Virus record (IMG/VR): IMGVR_UViG_3300037184_000121
Span: 43,603 to 107,602 of that record
Direction: 5' to 3' (one strand)
DNA from: a virus
Length of the DNA: 64,000 nt
The position numbers were made by a program, and so were the translations under genes. Positions 50,270 to 61,108 of the stretch are shown one piece after another. The stretch's first letter is position 1. Each line of letters starts with the position of its first letter. The notes beneath the pieces were generated by a model. The model made no database searches. It was given only the letters and a program-made list of their open reading frames with translations, and was not told where the DNA came from.

Positions 50270-50474
50270 TAAGTATGGAAAAATCTAAGTGGCAATTAGA
50301 ACCTGCACTTACAAGTAAAGGTGAGCCGTGGTGGATCTTATGTTATTATTGTGAAAAGCAGATCGATTACATTAAAGATTCTAAAGGTAGTTGGAAAAGA
50401 GTTGGGGGAGTAGGTAGTAAATTAGCAAGACATACAAGATGTTATGGAGAATTCACAAAGTAAAAGGAGAAATT

Positions 50475-51074
50475 ATGAGAATGCCCCATAAAATATCCTT
50501 GATTGGCCTTATGATATGCCTTATGATATGCCTGTTCTCCATTCCTTTAGATGGAGTGACATCTCATGCAAGTCGGGCAACTGAAGTAGCCAGTATTAAA
50601 ACGGAACTAGCTTATTATAGACAAGCTGCAATTTTGAATGATATTTTATTCAAGGAAGGTACGCCAGTTCATATGACTATTGTTGTAACTATGCTGAAGG
50701 AAATAGATAAGAATTTGATTAAGTATTATCCAGAAGGTCCATTTACTAGAAATGATTTTATTGCCTTGGCCTGGGTTGAATCTGAGTTTAAACAGTTTGA
50801 AGGTGGGGCTCATGGAGAGCGAGGAATTTTTCAAATCATGCCAGATGAGTTCCGAGACTTCGATATTCACAAGAATTATTATAATGTTGATGTAAATACT
50901 CATATGGCTTTTCGAGTTCTTGGATCAAAGTACAAACGGTATCATGATTATAAAAAGGCAATCATGGCTTACAATGGATTGGTTAAATACAAGAATGGAA
51001 AGTACTCCCAAAAGTATTGGAAGGCATTCGAGAAACGCAGACTTACAATTGATATGGCCTTATCAGCCAACTAA
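50475..51074 (+). CDS. Lytic transglycosylase (SLT domain) with N-terminal signal/anchor
   Basis: A..ESEF, GIFQIMP, AIMAYNG. Confidence 0.82.
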   Translation: MRMPHKISLIGLMICLMICLFSIPLDGVTSHASRATEVASIKTELAYYRQAAILNDILFKEGTPVHMTIVVTMLKEIDKNLIKYYPEGPFTRNDFIALAWVESEFKQFEGGAHGERGIFQIMPDEFRDFDIHKNYYNVDVNTHMAFRVLGSKYKRYHDYKKAIMAYNGLVKYKNGKYSQKYWKAFEKRRLTIDMALSAN

Positions 51075-51088
51075 AGCGGGGAAGTATC

Positions 51089-51637
51089 ATGAATCTATTA
51101 TGGCTATCACTTGGATTGTTTAGTGTAGGACTCGTTGAATATGTGGTGGATCAGTATCAGAAGCTTCTCCTAAGCCGTCTACACTTCTGGAGTACGGTCG
51201 GATTTCAGTTGATAAATAAAACGTTCGAGTGTGCAATTAATTTGTACATATTTGGAACTATAGTTGTATTTTGGGAAAAGTTTCAGCATGGGAATCATGA
51301 CTTTCTATTGCTGTCTCCCTATGTAGCTTATACGTTGGGAACTGTGGCTGGGACTGGATTAGCTCTTCATATTTATACATGGTTTAAGAAAAGGAAAGAT
51401 CACGAGCGTACTTTAAAATTGATTTCGAAGACGGATAAGAAGGGTAAGAAACGTTCAAAGAAGAAATATAATAAAATGGTGAACGATGCTGTCACCAAGA
51501 TGTCTACTGAAACACTTCTTGATCCTGTGGAAACAGAGGATTTAAAAGCGCAGATAAAAGAGCGAGTAATTGAAGCAGCAACTCAAAAAATATCAGATCG
51601 AGTAGATGAAGCACTTGACCAGGAGAAGAATTCATGA
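51089..51637 (+). CDS. Membrane protein
   Basis: About three hydrophobic segments and a charged C-terminus. Confidence 0.55.
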   Translation: MNLLWLSLGLFSVGLVEYVVDQYQKLLLSRLHFWSTVGFQLINKTFECAINLYIFGTIVVFWEKFQHGNHDFLLLSPYVAYTLGTVAGTGLALHIYTWFKKRKDHERTLKLISKTDKKGKKRSKKKYNKMVNDAVTKMSTETLLDPVETEDLKAQIKERVIEAATQKISDRVDEALDQEKNS

Positions 51638-52103
51638 GCCTTACTAGAATCCAAAAGACTTTCGTTAAGCTGGCTTCTAACTACGGGTTGCCTATGGGCC
51701 GATATAAGACTAAGAGACATAAGTATGTGAAGTGGCAACCAATTAAAGTGAGGATTGAAGTGATTGATGCTGTGACTGGTGAGAAGACATCTGGTAAAGG
51801 TTGTGAAGAATCTGCGGCAAAGCTTAGGAAGTGGTTGAAGCTGCGTAATGTCAGAGCTGAATTTACTGATGTAGTATTGAAGAAGAATACTACATGGTTT
51901 AAACTGAATGCTGAAGAGTTCATTGACTATCCCATAATAGTTAAAGTGGGCAATTATAAAAGTCCTTATTTAATAAAAAGAATTCAAGATCGGGTAGCGA
52001 TCAAAGGTAAAGTAACCATTTCAATTCAGCTTGAGACGACGGATAATATCGATTACTTAAGCATTCTTAGTAAGAAAAAAGAACAACTGGCAAGGAAAAA
52101 GAA

Positions 52104-53234
52104 ATGACTCCAGAGCAATATTTTAAAATTAATTCTTTGTGGGATCTTGAGACATTGAAGAAATGGGCTCAACATAACTCTGTCTATGTCATTCAATCAG
52201 ATAGAATCCCAGGCGTTGTTATGCTGCATTACCAGGACTCTTGCACCTGGGACAATAATTGGAATACTTTTGCTCGTATGTCTCGTGGACTCATTCTTGA
52301 TATGAAGAATAGGAAGGTCCTTGCTTATCCTTTTGATAAGTTCTTTAATCTAGGGCAGATGCCAGAGACAAGTTATGACAGCCTCTCTGAGCTTGGGGGC
52401 TTTGAAACCAGTGAGAAGCTTGATGGCAGTATGATTATTGGCTTTATTGATCCTAATACTGATAAACTTACTTTTACTACGAAGGGTTCATTTGACTCTG
52501 AGCATGGGGCATATGCTAATTCATTGTTATTTACTCCTGAACAATTACATGCTTTACGTGCTTATGCAAATCAAGGTACGCTGATGTTTGAGTTGATTGC
52601 TAAACAATTCCAGATCGTGGTAGATTATAAAAAGAAGGGCTATGCTGAAGGTCTTTACCTGATTGGCTATAGGTATGATATCTCAGATAAACTTGCCTCT
52701 TTCAATGCTTTGGCTGGCATAGCCGAGGAGTTAAACTTACCTACTTTTAAGACCTATTCCTTCAATGGCCTGGATCAACTGATTGCTCTTGCAAGGGATC
52801 TCCCAGTGCTTGATGAAGGCTTTGTCCTGCGGTTTCCAGGGGATTTAATGGTCAAAGTCAAGGGTAGTGCTTATCTGGCAGCGCATCGGTTTATAAGCCA
52901 TTTGAGTGATAGGAACATCTTAGAAGCTGTGGCTGATGGGACAGCTTCAAACTTAGCTACTCTAGCTCCAGAGGAGTACAGACAGGATGTATTAGATAAG
53001 ATTGATCATTTTCAAAAACGAGTTGCAGATCTGGAGAAAGAATGTTATACTTGGTTTAGTAGGGCTCCAAAGGATGGTCCTAGAAAGGATTTTGCTTTCT
53101 GGGTCCAGGCTAATGTCCCTTCTCATTTTAAAGGATTTATGTTTCAGTTGTTGGATGGAAAAATAGTTGATCGAAAACAGCTGTTTAGAGTTCTTGAAGA
53201 GATTGATAAGATTGATGGGCGAACTAAAATATGA
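52104..53234 (+). CDS. T4 Rnl1-like RNA ligase
   Basis: RGLI, PFDKFFN, motif I EKLDGS, FELI, EGFVL, VKVK..Y. Confidence 0.9.
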   Translation: MTPEQYFKINSLWDLETLKKWAQHNSVYVIQSDRIPGVVMLHYQDSCTWDNNWNTFARMSRGLILDMKNRKVLAYPFDKFFNLGQMPETSYDSLSELGGFETSEKLDGSMIIGFIDPNTDKLTFTTKGSFDSEHGAYANSLLFTPEQLHALRAYANQGTLMFELIAKQFQIVVDYKKKGYAEGLYLIGYRYDISDKLASFNALAGIAEELNLPTFKTYSFNGLDQLIALARDLPVLDEGFVLRFPGDLMVKVKGSAYLAAHRFISHLSDRNILEAVADGTASNLATLAPEEYRQDVLDKIDHFQKRVADLEKECYTWFSRAPKDGPRKDFAFWVQANVPSHFKGFMFQLLDGKIVDRKQLFRVLEEIDKIDGRTKI

Positions 53235-53777
53235 GAGCATTGATGTCTGCTATTATTTTATTAGTTACTTTTGTTGTTGCATTCTTTGTTACTACTGCAT
53301 TTTTTGATACAATTGAAAGGCATACAGGATATTATAAACAAGGTCTTGAGGACTCAAGGAGCATTTATGAAACCTATTTTAAGTTCTAAGTGGAACTATG
53401 TGATGTGTGGTATAAATATTATGGTAGCGGCGTTGGGGGCTACATTTCATATTTTATGGGTGCTAGGGATAGGAGCATTCTTTGTAGTATTCAATTATTA
53501 TGTAGCTGAAATGAATAAGGAGATTGAAGATGAATCAATCCGAAAATCAGTCACCGAAACAAAAGAGTAGACTTTATATTTTTACACTACAAAGTGATGA
53601 TGGAACTATCCAGAGAATTTTTACTGGTGATAACTATGATCAATTGTGGTTGACTGCAGTAACTGAATCAAAAGCAATAAGTGGCTATTGGTCTGCCCAC
53701 GATATTCAGGGCAGATTTATTAATGGCAACTTTCGTGCAAAAGTGACAAGATAAATAATTAAAGGAGACTTAATACC

Positions 53778-54050
53778 ATGCCAGAAAATCCATTACTACC
53801 TCAGACACCAAAGCCATATGAAGCAGTTAAGCCTTGGGTCAGAGATCTAGTTACAGACAAACCAGTAGCAAAGCCAGTGGTTCCACCACTAGTTGATAAA
53901 CCAGTTGTTCCTCCAGTGGTAAAACCAGTTGTGCCTCCAGTCGTTGATAAGCCAGTCGATGCAGTTGTACCCGCACCAGCTCCAGCGGCTGCTCCAGCCC
54001 CTGCTGCAGCTCCAGTTGTGACACCAACACCTCCTCCAGTTTCAAAATAG
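53778..54050 (+). CDS. Pro/Val/Ala-rich low-complexity protein
   Basis: AAGGAG SD; repeated (D)KPVVPP and APAPAA units. Confidence 0.6.
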   Translation: MPENPLLPQTPKPYEAVKPWVRDLVTDKPVAKPVVPPLVDKPVVPPVVKPVVPPVVDKPVDAVVPAPAPAAAPAPAAAPVVTPTPPPVSK

Positions 54051-54087
54051 GGTAGGAGGAAGACTGTAAATATAGGAGGTAAATATT

Positions 54088-54627
54088 ATGTCTTTTCGCG
54101 CATATATCAGCGGAAAAATGTCAAATCGTTACGTTGAGGATGTAAAATCTGAGAGAGCAAAAACTGTTAAGGAATTGGCTCGTTATTCTATACATGGGAT
54201 TGATCCTGCAGCGGCAGAGAGTCAACTCTGGCCTGTTTCTAAAGGTGCAAAAATTAGTAGTACTTTTAAAAGACGAGTGATGGAGGCTATGGTTAAAAAT
54301 GATTTATGGCTTATCCGTCGTTCAGATCTAGTCATATATATCACAGCTGATGTGGCTTCTGAGGGTTCATTACTTGAGGTAGCCTATGCTAAAATGATTG
54401 GTCTACCTGTGGTGATTGTTGCTCCTGAAAGAGTGAAGGGTAACTTTATGGGGTGGCTTGGAATTTATGTGCCTCAAGATCACACTTTTTCTACTATTGA
54501 AGAAGCATGTAGTTTTATTAATCGACGATATAAGAAAGAGTATGAGAGGAATCATAAATATTTCGAATTAGCTATTAAAAAGGCAGCTATACAAGTAAAT
54601 AAAGGTAATAAAAAGAATAAGAAATAA
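54088..54627 (+). CDS. Nucleoside 2-deoxyribosyltransferase-like protein, paralogue of 37456-37965
   Basis: AYISGKM, IDP, NDL.LIRRSD, SEGSLLEVAYA..IG.PVV. Confidence 0.7.
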   Translation: MSFRAYISGKMSNRYVEDVKSERAKTVKELARYSIHGIDPAAAESQLWPVSKGAKISSTFKRRVMEAMVKNDLWLIRRSDLVIYITADVASEGSLLEVAYAKMIGLPVVIVAPERVKGNFMGWLGIYVPQDHTFSTIEEACSFINRRYKKEYERNHKYFELAIKKAAIQVNKGNKKNKK

Positions 54628-54630
54628 ATT

Positions 54631-55323
54631 ATGCCAGTAAAAGGGTTTAGGAAAAAATATTGTCCTAAAGGACATGATACCTTTGTGACAGGTAGAGAAA
54701 GTTGGGGTAGGTGTTCAATATGTGAAAAAGAACGCTATATATCCCATCCTAAAATTAAATTACAATTCTGTCATAAAGATCATGATCTAAATATTTTTGG
54801 TAGAGATCCTGATGGGCATTGTGCTGAATGCAGACGATTAAGATGTATAGAATATAGGCAGAAGAATGCTAGTAAGGAACTTAAGAGAGCAGAAAAATAT
54901 AGAAGCACTCACGAAGCTGAAAGGCAACTCTACTATATTAATAACAAAGAAAAGATTGATGCTCATAATAAGCAGTATGCGAAGGATCATCCAGAAGTTT
55001 TAAAAGCAATATCTATTAAGAATAATGCAAAGCGTAAATTGAGGGTTGTCGCTTGGACGGATTGGGATAAAATTGCTGAATTTGAAAAAGGTCAACCAGA
55101 GGAAGGAATGACTGAAGATCATATAATTCCTTTATGTGGAAGAAAAGTAGCTGGTTTACATGTATCTTGGAATTTACAATGGTTAACACGATCTGTAAAT
55201 AGTAGCAAGAATAATCGTATAGATCTACTATGGGCTTCAGAATGGTATGGAAAAATACTTGAAGAAGCAGGATTAAAAGAAGAAGGCTTGACAAAGTATT
55301 CTATTCCTGGTATACTTACTTAG
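54631..55323 (+). CDS. HNH homing endonuclease with two CxxGH/CxxDH modules
   Basis: YCPKGHD..CSIC, FCHKDHD..CAEC; EDHIIPL.G..V.GLHV.WNLQ.L....N..K.N. Confidence 0.85.
   Translation: MPVKGFRKKYCPKGHDTFVTGRESWGRCSICEKERYISHPKIKLQFCHKDHDLNIFGRDPDGHCAECRRLRCIEYRQKNASKELKRAEKYRSTHEAERQLYYINNKEKIDAHNKQYAKDHPEVLKAISIKNNAKRKLRVVAWTDWDKIAEFEKGQPEEGMTEDHIIPLCGRKVAGLHVSWNLQWLTRSVNSSKNNRIDLLWASEWYGKILEEAGLKEEGLTKYSIPGILT
55288..55316 (+). promoter_or_regulatory. sigma70-type promoter
   Basis: TTGACA-17-TATACT, followed by AGGAGGT SD. Confidence 0.85.
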
Positions 55324-55456
55324 GAGGTGCTAAACAATGTTTAATTCATTGAATGCAGCCACTGATATTACTGAATGGGTTCTTGGTTACGTTGTCCTCA
55401 TCGTTGTTGCAGCATTTGTTGTTCATCTCGTAGAATCTTTACGAAAGTAGGTTAAC

Positions 55457-55918
55457 ATGGCCCTTGATCCTGATTTGGTAAGAATTGATTTACTTCGTGT
55501 GAAGCGTAAACTTTTTCTACAGTACCAAGAGGGTTCTAAGGAGCGTCAGGACTTTGTAGTTGCTTCTAAGCTTTCGGAGCTTGGCTATCTTTCTAAGCTG
55601 GCTGATCCTGCAACAGTCGAATTAGTGTTTGAAGAGTACAGTAGACAGCAGAGATCTGAAATTGTTACTATACTAATTGGTATCGGATTTGGAGTATGTT
55701 TATCTGTAATGTTGCTAGGCTTTCACCAATCGCATCTTACAAATTTATGGCTGTCATTTTATTATCTGCCTGGAGTTTGGGGTGTGGCTTGGAGTGCTAT
55801 TCATGTATTTCATATGATTGATCAGTGGAGAAAGTTTCAGCCATTCCAAAAAGAATATGCAGTTCTTCGTCGGAAGATTGATAAATTGGAAAATGAATTG
55901 AAAGGATTAGTTCAGTGA
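55457..55918 (+). CDS. Two-TM membrane protein
   Basis: Two hydrophobic segments plus C-terminal coil. Confidence 0.55.
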   Translation: MALDPDLVRIDLLRVKRKLFLQYQEGSKERQDFVVASKLSELGYLSKLADPATVELVFEEYSRQQRSEIVTILIGIGFGVCLSVMLLGFHQSHLTNLWLSFYYLPGVWGVAWSAIHVFHMIDQWRKFQPFQKEYAVLRRKIDKLENELKGLVQ

Positions 55919-57120
55919 GTAGTGTTCAAGACTTTCATGATCGAATCGTTACACTTCAACCAGTAGATCTCTTTCAGTATGAGAATGAGATCCCTGAGTT
56001 CAAGCTGCTTCATGCTTGTGAACAAAGTCCTGAACATCATGCTGAGGGGAATGTCCTGATTCACTGTAACATGGCAGGTCAGACTGTTCTGCAGCTTATG
56101 GAAGCTGAACATATCGAGGAAAAGTATAAAGTTCTTCTTTATATTGCCACTATTCTGCATGATATTGGTAAGCCTTGCACGAGTGTCTTTAATCAGAAGA
56201 AGAACAAGATCACTGCCTATGGTCATGATGATGCTGGTGTTCCCCTTGCTAATGAATTCCTGAAGAAGTATTTTCCTGAATTCAATTACAAGCAGCGTGA
56301 GATTGTCTGCAGACTTATTGAGCATCATATGGAACCTCGCCTGTGGATGAAGGATGGAACTGCTTCTGTCACAAAGATGAAGATGCTGTCTCTTGCCGTG
56401 AACACGAAGCTTCTGTATGTTCTGTCTCAGGCTGATACCCTGGGCCGAACTGCTAATGATATGAAGCTGAGTATGCATCTGCTTGAGCTGTTCAAACAAA
56501 ATTGTGAGGATATTGGCGTATGGGATCGGTCCTATCGTGTGCCTCTTGCTACTCATTTGGATAACGCTTCTTATTCATTGGCCCGATGGAATATTCTGAT
56601 GCATAAGGCTCCTGAAGATTCAGATACTTACAACGAAGCTCAAGAGATAATGATTCAACCTCCCAAGCCTAACTTTCAGTTGTTGCTATTGGTCGGGGCT
56701 CCAGGATCGGGTAAGTCTACCGTTCGTGAGCAATTGCTGGCCCAGAATCCAGGTCTCAAGGTGATCAGTATGGATGAGAGGCGCAAAGAGCTTACTGGTG
56801 ATGTTAATGATCAGTCGCGTAACAATGAGGTCTTTGGCTGGCAACAGCGAGAGCTACGTAAAGCCATGGAAGCAAGGCAGAATACCGTTATTGATGCTAC
56901 TAATACCAGTAGAAAACTTCGTAGAGTATTATGGGACATTGCTCGTGAGAATGGGGCTCTATGTTCCGCTATCTATTTTGATTTAACTCTTGAGACTTTG
57001 CTAGAAAGAAATTCTAAAAGAGAGAAAAGAGTACCTGATGAGGTAGTTAAACGTTTTTATAATACTATGCAATCAATAACGCCTTGGGAGGCAGATTTAG
57101 TTCAAATCCTTGATAAATAA
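55915..57120 (+). CDS. HD-domain phosphohydrolase fused to P-loop polynucleotide kinase
   Basis: HHAEGNV..H, LHDIGK, HM.P, AD..GR; GAPGSGKST, IDATN, RN..R...VP. Confidence 0.87.
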   Translation: MSSVQDFHDRIVTLQPVDLFQYENEIPEFKLLHACEQSPEHHAEGNVLIHCNMAGQTVLQLMEAEHIEEKYKVLLYIATILHDIGKPCTSVFNQKKNKITAYGHDDAGVPLANEFLKKYFPEFNYKQREIVCRLIEHHMEPRLWMKDGTASVTKMKMLSLAVNTKLLYVLSQADTLGRTANDMKLSMHLLELFKQNCEDIGVWDRSYRVPLATHLDNASYSLARWNILMHKAPEDSDTYNEAQEIMIQPPKPNFQLLLLVGAPGSGKSTVREQLLAQNPGLKVISMDERRKELTGDVNDQSRNNEVFGWQQRELRKAMEARQNTVIDATNTSRKLRRVLWDIARENGALCSAIYFDLTLETLLERNSKREKRVPDEVVKRFYNTMQSITPWEADLVQILDK

Positions 57121-57306
57121 CATGCGAAATGCATTGATTTTGCTATGTCTTTTAGCTGTATCCTTCCTAATAACCTCCTGTGCTTTCATCGAACCTGATT
57201 GTCATGACACTTGGCACCCTCGAATTACCTGGCACGATTACCAACCTCCTAAAACGTCTCCTGACTTCGATATGCATATTTCTGGGGATACTGTAAAAAA
57301 TAACCC

Positions 57307-57335
57307 TTGACATTGTTATCTTCTCCTGTTATACT
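57307..57335 (+). promoter_or_regulatory. sigma70-type promoter
   Basis: TTGACA-TTGTTATCTTCTCCTGT-TATACT. Confidence 0.88.
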
Positions 57336-57371
57336 GTAATAGGTTCAGATAAAAATAACTGGGAGGTTATC

Positions 57372-57743
57372 ATGAATACCATGAACGAATACGCTGTGAA
57401 GGTAGATACTGAGTTGTTTGATCTGATTGCGTTGTCCCATAAGTATCGAGGGCGAAGCTATCGTAAAGACTTTACTACACGAGTGGCAAAGTTTATTGTC
57501 AATACAGATCATATTTCTGCATGTCTTTTAGTCGTTGCTGCCCCCTGTCAACTGATTAGTAAGCTTGTTGAAACTAATTGGGAGATTGTTCCTTATATCG
57601 TTAAATTCACTAAGACGCATAGTATTCCGAAGGTTTATGATATGTTGGCTGCACGATATCGGGATGATCTTCGTCGTTTAGAGCTTCGTATGGACTCACA
57701 AGATTATGCTTGGGTTGTGGAAAAGTTTACAAAAGAATCCTAA
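57372..57743 (+). CDS. Hypothetical protein
   Basis: GGAGGT SD directly after promoter. Confidence 0.6.
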   Translation: MNTMNEYAVKVDTELFDLIALSHKYRGRSYRKDFTTRVAKFIVNTDHISACLLVVAAPCQLISKLVETNWEIVPYIVKFTKTHSIPKVYDMLAARYRDDLRRLELRMDSQDYAWVVEKFTKES

Positions 57744-57753
57744 AAATTAGCTA

Positions 57754-57782
57754 TTGACAAGACTGACTTTCGGGGTTATACT
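57754..57782 (+). promoter_or_regulatory. sigma70-type promoter
   Basis: TTGACA-17-TATACT. Confidence 0.85.
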
Positions 57783-57806
57783 AAAGGGTAAGAAAGGGAG
57801 ATTACA

Positions 57807-58184
57807 ATGGCACGAAAAAAGAAAAAAGAAGTTTGGCTGAATGAATGTCCACACTGCGATAACTTTGATGCTGAGACTTGGGATTTAGTTCAAGCCCATA
57901 TCACGGATGTTCATGCAACAGTCTATGAGAAAGCCAGTCGTGGAGATTACACCACGAAGATGCCTTATGTTACCAATAAAAAAGATCCTGAAGCATGTGA
58001 TGCTTACCATCTTGATCAGATGAGACTCAATGGATTATTCCGACATGACTTAGAAGTTGAGCATAATGTTGTTGACAATCCTAAAAAAGAAAAGTTGTTT
58101 GAAATTGCTTGGGAACAAGGTCGTTCATATGGATTCAGTGAGGTAGCTATTCACTATGAGGCGCTTGTTGAGTTGGTGAAATAA
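57807..58184 (+). CDS. C2H2-like zinc-finger phage protein
   Basis: CPHC...H...VH; C-terminal KLFEIAWEQG.SYG..EV. Confidence 0.55.
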   Translation: MARKKKKEVWLNECPHCDNFDAETWDLVQAHITDVHATVYEKASRGDYTTKMPYVTNKKDPEACDAYHLDQMRLNGLFRHDLEVEHNVVDNPKKEKLFEIAWEQGRSYGFSEVAIHYEALVELVK

Positions 58185-58927
58185 TATGAACGAATTACTC
58201 ATTGTCTTAATCGTAATCTTAGTCATTCTCGTAATAGGGAGAAAAAGTGTCTAATCCGTTCATTGGCCTGGAGGATGAGATTGACTTACGCCGAGCAGTT
58301 CGTGCTATCCATAAGCATGAAGGTTGGGCAGGAATCTGGAGAGCTATTGGGGAGCTTGCCCGTTCATTGGAGATTGTTGGAGATATTGTCATTGAGATCC
58401 ATGAAGAGGAAAAGAAAAAGGGAGGTAATTCCGATGTCTGAGCCTAATAAATTAGAAGCAACATTGATGGCAGCACTTAAAGACCTGGGGTATCAGGTGT
58501 GGTGGAATGGCTATGATATTGTCACGAATACTGACAATTATACGAAGTCTACTATTGAGATCTTAATTAATAAGGGCTGGGTAAAGGGAGAATAAATAGC
58601 AATGTTAATAAGATTTACCCAAGATCAAGTAACAGTGTTTCTTTGGAGTTTGATTATAGGTATAGTGATATCAATTTTAATTGATATAATTAAGGGAGAA
58701 TAATATTATGATACGAGATGATAAGGACTGGGAGAACTTGGTTCGTAACATAGCGAATGGCTCAGCTGATACTCGTGAATGCATCCATGAGGCAGCTGGC
58801 TATCTGTGGGATTCTTATAATTGGGAACGATTGAAGAACACATGCTTTGGGCGATTCATACGTGAGTCTGTTAGTCCGTGTCCAGATTTACTTCTTCGTT
58901 CTCTTTATCGGCGGGAGGTCCTAGCAT

Positions 58928-59509
58928 ATGGCGTGTAAGAAGTGTGGAGATCCTGGAATTAGCAAAGAGTTTAAATGTAATCGCTGCCATGTGAAGGATG
59001 GAAGATTCAAATGGTGTGTCATTACTCGTGCCTCTGATACTGAGGATGGTAATCTCTATGATGAGGTGTCAGATTTGATGATAACGGATGCAGAGATTGT
59101 AGATAAGAATGGTATTAAGAAGCTGGGTGGAACAGCTGGGATGCTTGTCTTTAAGAGGCCCCTCTTCAGGCAGGGTGAGATCTTCCCGATGGAACCAGAC
59201 TTTGAACGTGAGTTGGGCTGGGGTCGTAAGGCATCCAAGTGGGATGTTTCCTATGAGATATTCAGCTCCAGGGATTATAAGAAAGCAATCTTACGGGCAC
59301 TCCAGGCTTCCGAAGAAGTTGATAAAAAGCAAACTAATTTAGAGATGCTGGAGCAGAAATCTATTGAAAAGGAACAGCTGACAGATAGACAACAGAAGCT
59401 GAAGGCTGCACAAGATCCTATTAAGCTCATCTATGATTGGATCAAGCAAAGTCATATATCGCTGAAGGAAGCTAAAGCACTGATTATGGAGGTAACTAGT
59501 AATGGGTAA
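58928..59509 (+). CDS. Hypothetical Zn-ribbon protein with internal TNLEMLE motif
   Basis: CKKC..CNRC; KQTNLEMLEQK. Confidence 0.5.
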   Translation: MACKKCGDPGISKEFKCNRCHVKDGRFKWCVITRASDTEDGNLYDEVSDLMITDAEIVDKNGIKKLGGTAGMLVFKRPLFRQGEIFPMEPDFERELGWGRKASKWDVSYEIFSSRDYKKAILRALQASEEVDKKQTNLEMLEQKSIEKEQLTDRQQKLKAAQDPIKLIYDWIKQSHISLKEAKALIMEVTSNG

Positions 59510-60180
59510 GTCAAAGGCAGTTAAACAAGATAATATTGAGCAGCTGAGGAATGAGCTGGAATGCCTTAAGGATGAACTAGATAGCAATGAATCAGAACAA
59601 ATAGAGCTTCGCAGCATAGCAAGGTATCTTGAAGGAGAGATCCAAAAGGTAGAAGCAAAACTAGATGAATTGGATGCTACCTATGAGTAGGGAATATCAG
59701 CTATCAGTCAGGCAAGCTCTCAAATTGGTTTCTGTAATGGATGACAATCTGAAGAGGGCTGACTTCAAAGACTTCCGTAGGCTTGGGGTAGACTTTGGTG
59801 GCTACACTGACCGTAGTGGTCAGGGTCATTCGGGCTGCAGCAAAGTGGATTGCATGACATCCATTGTTAAGTATTTGATGGGTGAGAGCCTGGGTCCATG
59901 CCATACAGATGTAGCTATATGGCTGGAGGAGAAGGTCCCAGGTTGGATGAATGAGATCGGTTATAAAGAACCTACTGTGAGTGAACTAGAAAACAATGCT
60001 AGAGGAGAGGATTCCAATGATTAAAGTAATCAAAGCAAAGAATGAATCCAGACCAAGGGATAAGAAACGTGATAGAATACTACTGCAGATAGGCAATAAG
60101 AAATGGCATCTGTCATCCTTAGAGGCTTACTTTCTGTACTCGCAGCTATCCAGGTGCCACTTCTAATGCGACGATCAGAT

Positions 60181-60426
60181 ATGAAGGTAGGGTTGCGGAT
60201 TGGTAGGCTGGTATTTATAGAGTTCCGAGAATCTGATTGGGTATTCCGATGTGACTGTGGTAAGATATATTTTACCAAAGGACTTAATTGGCTATCACGT
60301 TCTTGTGGATGCTATAAAAGAGAGCTGAGTGCTGAGAAGTGTCGAACCATGTATCCTACTGGCAATCAAAGACGAGGTTGGAATGGTCAGTTCATTAAAT
60401 CAAGGGAGGATGATGATAATGGATAA
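60181..60426 (+). CDS. Homing-endonuclease N-terminal module without nuclease domain
   Basis: G.RIGRLV...WVFRCDCG...SCGC, same module as 6146-6760. Confidence 0.55.
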   Translation: MKVGLRIGRLVFIEFRESDWVFRCDCGKIYFTKGLNWLSRSCGCYKRELSAEKCRTMYPTGNQRRGWNGQFIKSREDDDNG

Positions 60427-60597
60427 TAGATTCTATTCCGCATTGGATATAGATATTATGATAGGGTTGGATGACTTAGCTCACAACCGAATGTACCAAA
60501 GTGTCAATGGTAAGATGCAGCAAGTAAATAACTATGGCAGACGCAATAAGAATGAGGTATGCTACTGCAAAGAGCTTAAGAGGTTGAGGATTAAGAG

Positions 60598-61063
60598 ATG
60601 AATAAAGATTATCCTTGTAAATGTGGTCATCTATATTCTGATCATAGGAATAGTAAATATCCAAATTTACTTCCTTATGCATACAATGATTGCCGATATG
60701 AACTAGGGAGTACAAGGCTTTGTTTATGTTCTGATTTTAAACAAGATAACCTTCGCTACTTAGAAGAAAAGTACCGTGAGCTATCCCAGAAAGCCTACGA
60801 TCTACACAAGAAATCTTATGAGCGATCTAGACTATCCTAAGCCTGAAGAGTATTGCCAGAACTGCGGTGGGGCTAAGTTCACCCATGTAGATTTCGATAA
60901 GTTCATAGGTAGGACAATAGATGACAATACTTATAAAGAGTTGGTCGATGAAGCTATCACGAAGAAAGAATTGTATGGTAACATGTGTTTGGAATGGAAG
61001 AGAGACAATCTTAAGTACTTGGAAACCATGTCAATAAAGAGATTGACAGAGGGCCAAAAATGA
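60598..61063 (+). CDS. Two NLxYLE-tail Zn-binding proteins (60598-60840, 60818-61063)
   Basis: Tails QDNLRYLE, RDNLKYLE. Confidence 0.7.
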
Positions 61064-61108
61064 TTGACAAAGGCTCTCTTATTATTGACAGAGGCATAGA
61101 TATTGACA
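61042..61108 (+). repeat. Four phased ATTGACA repeats
   Basis: TTGACA at 61043, 61064, 61085, 61103. Confidence 0.7.
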
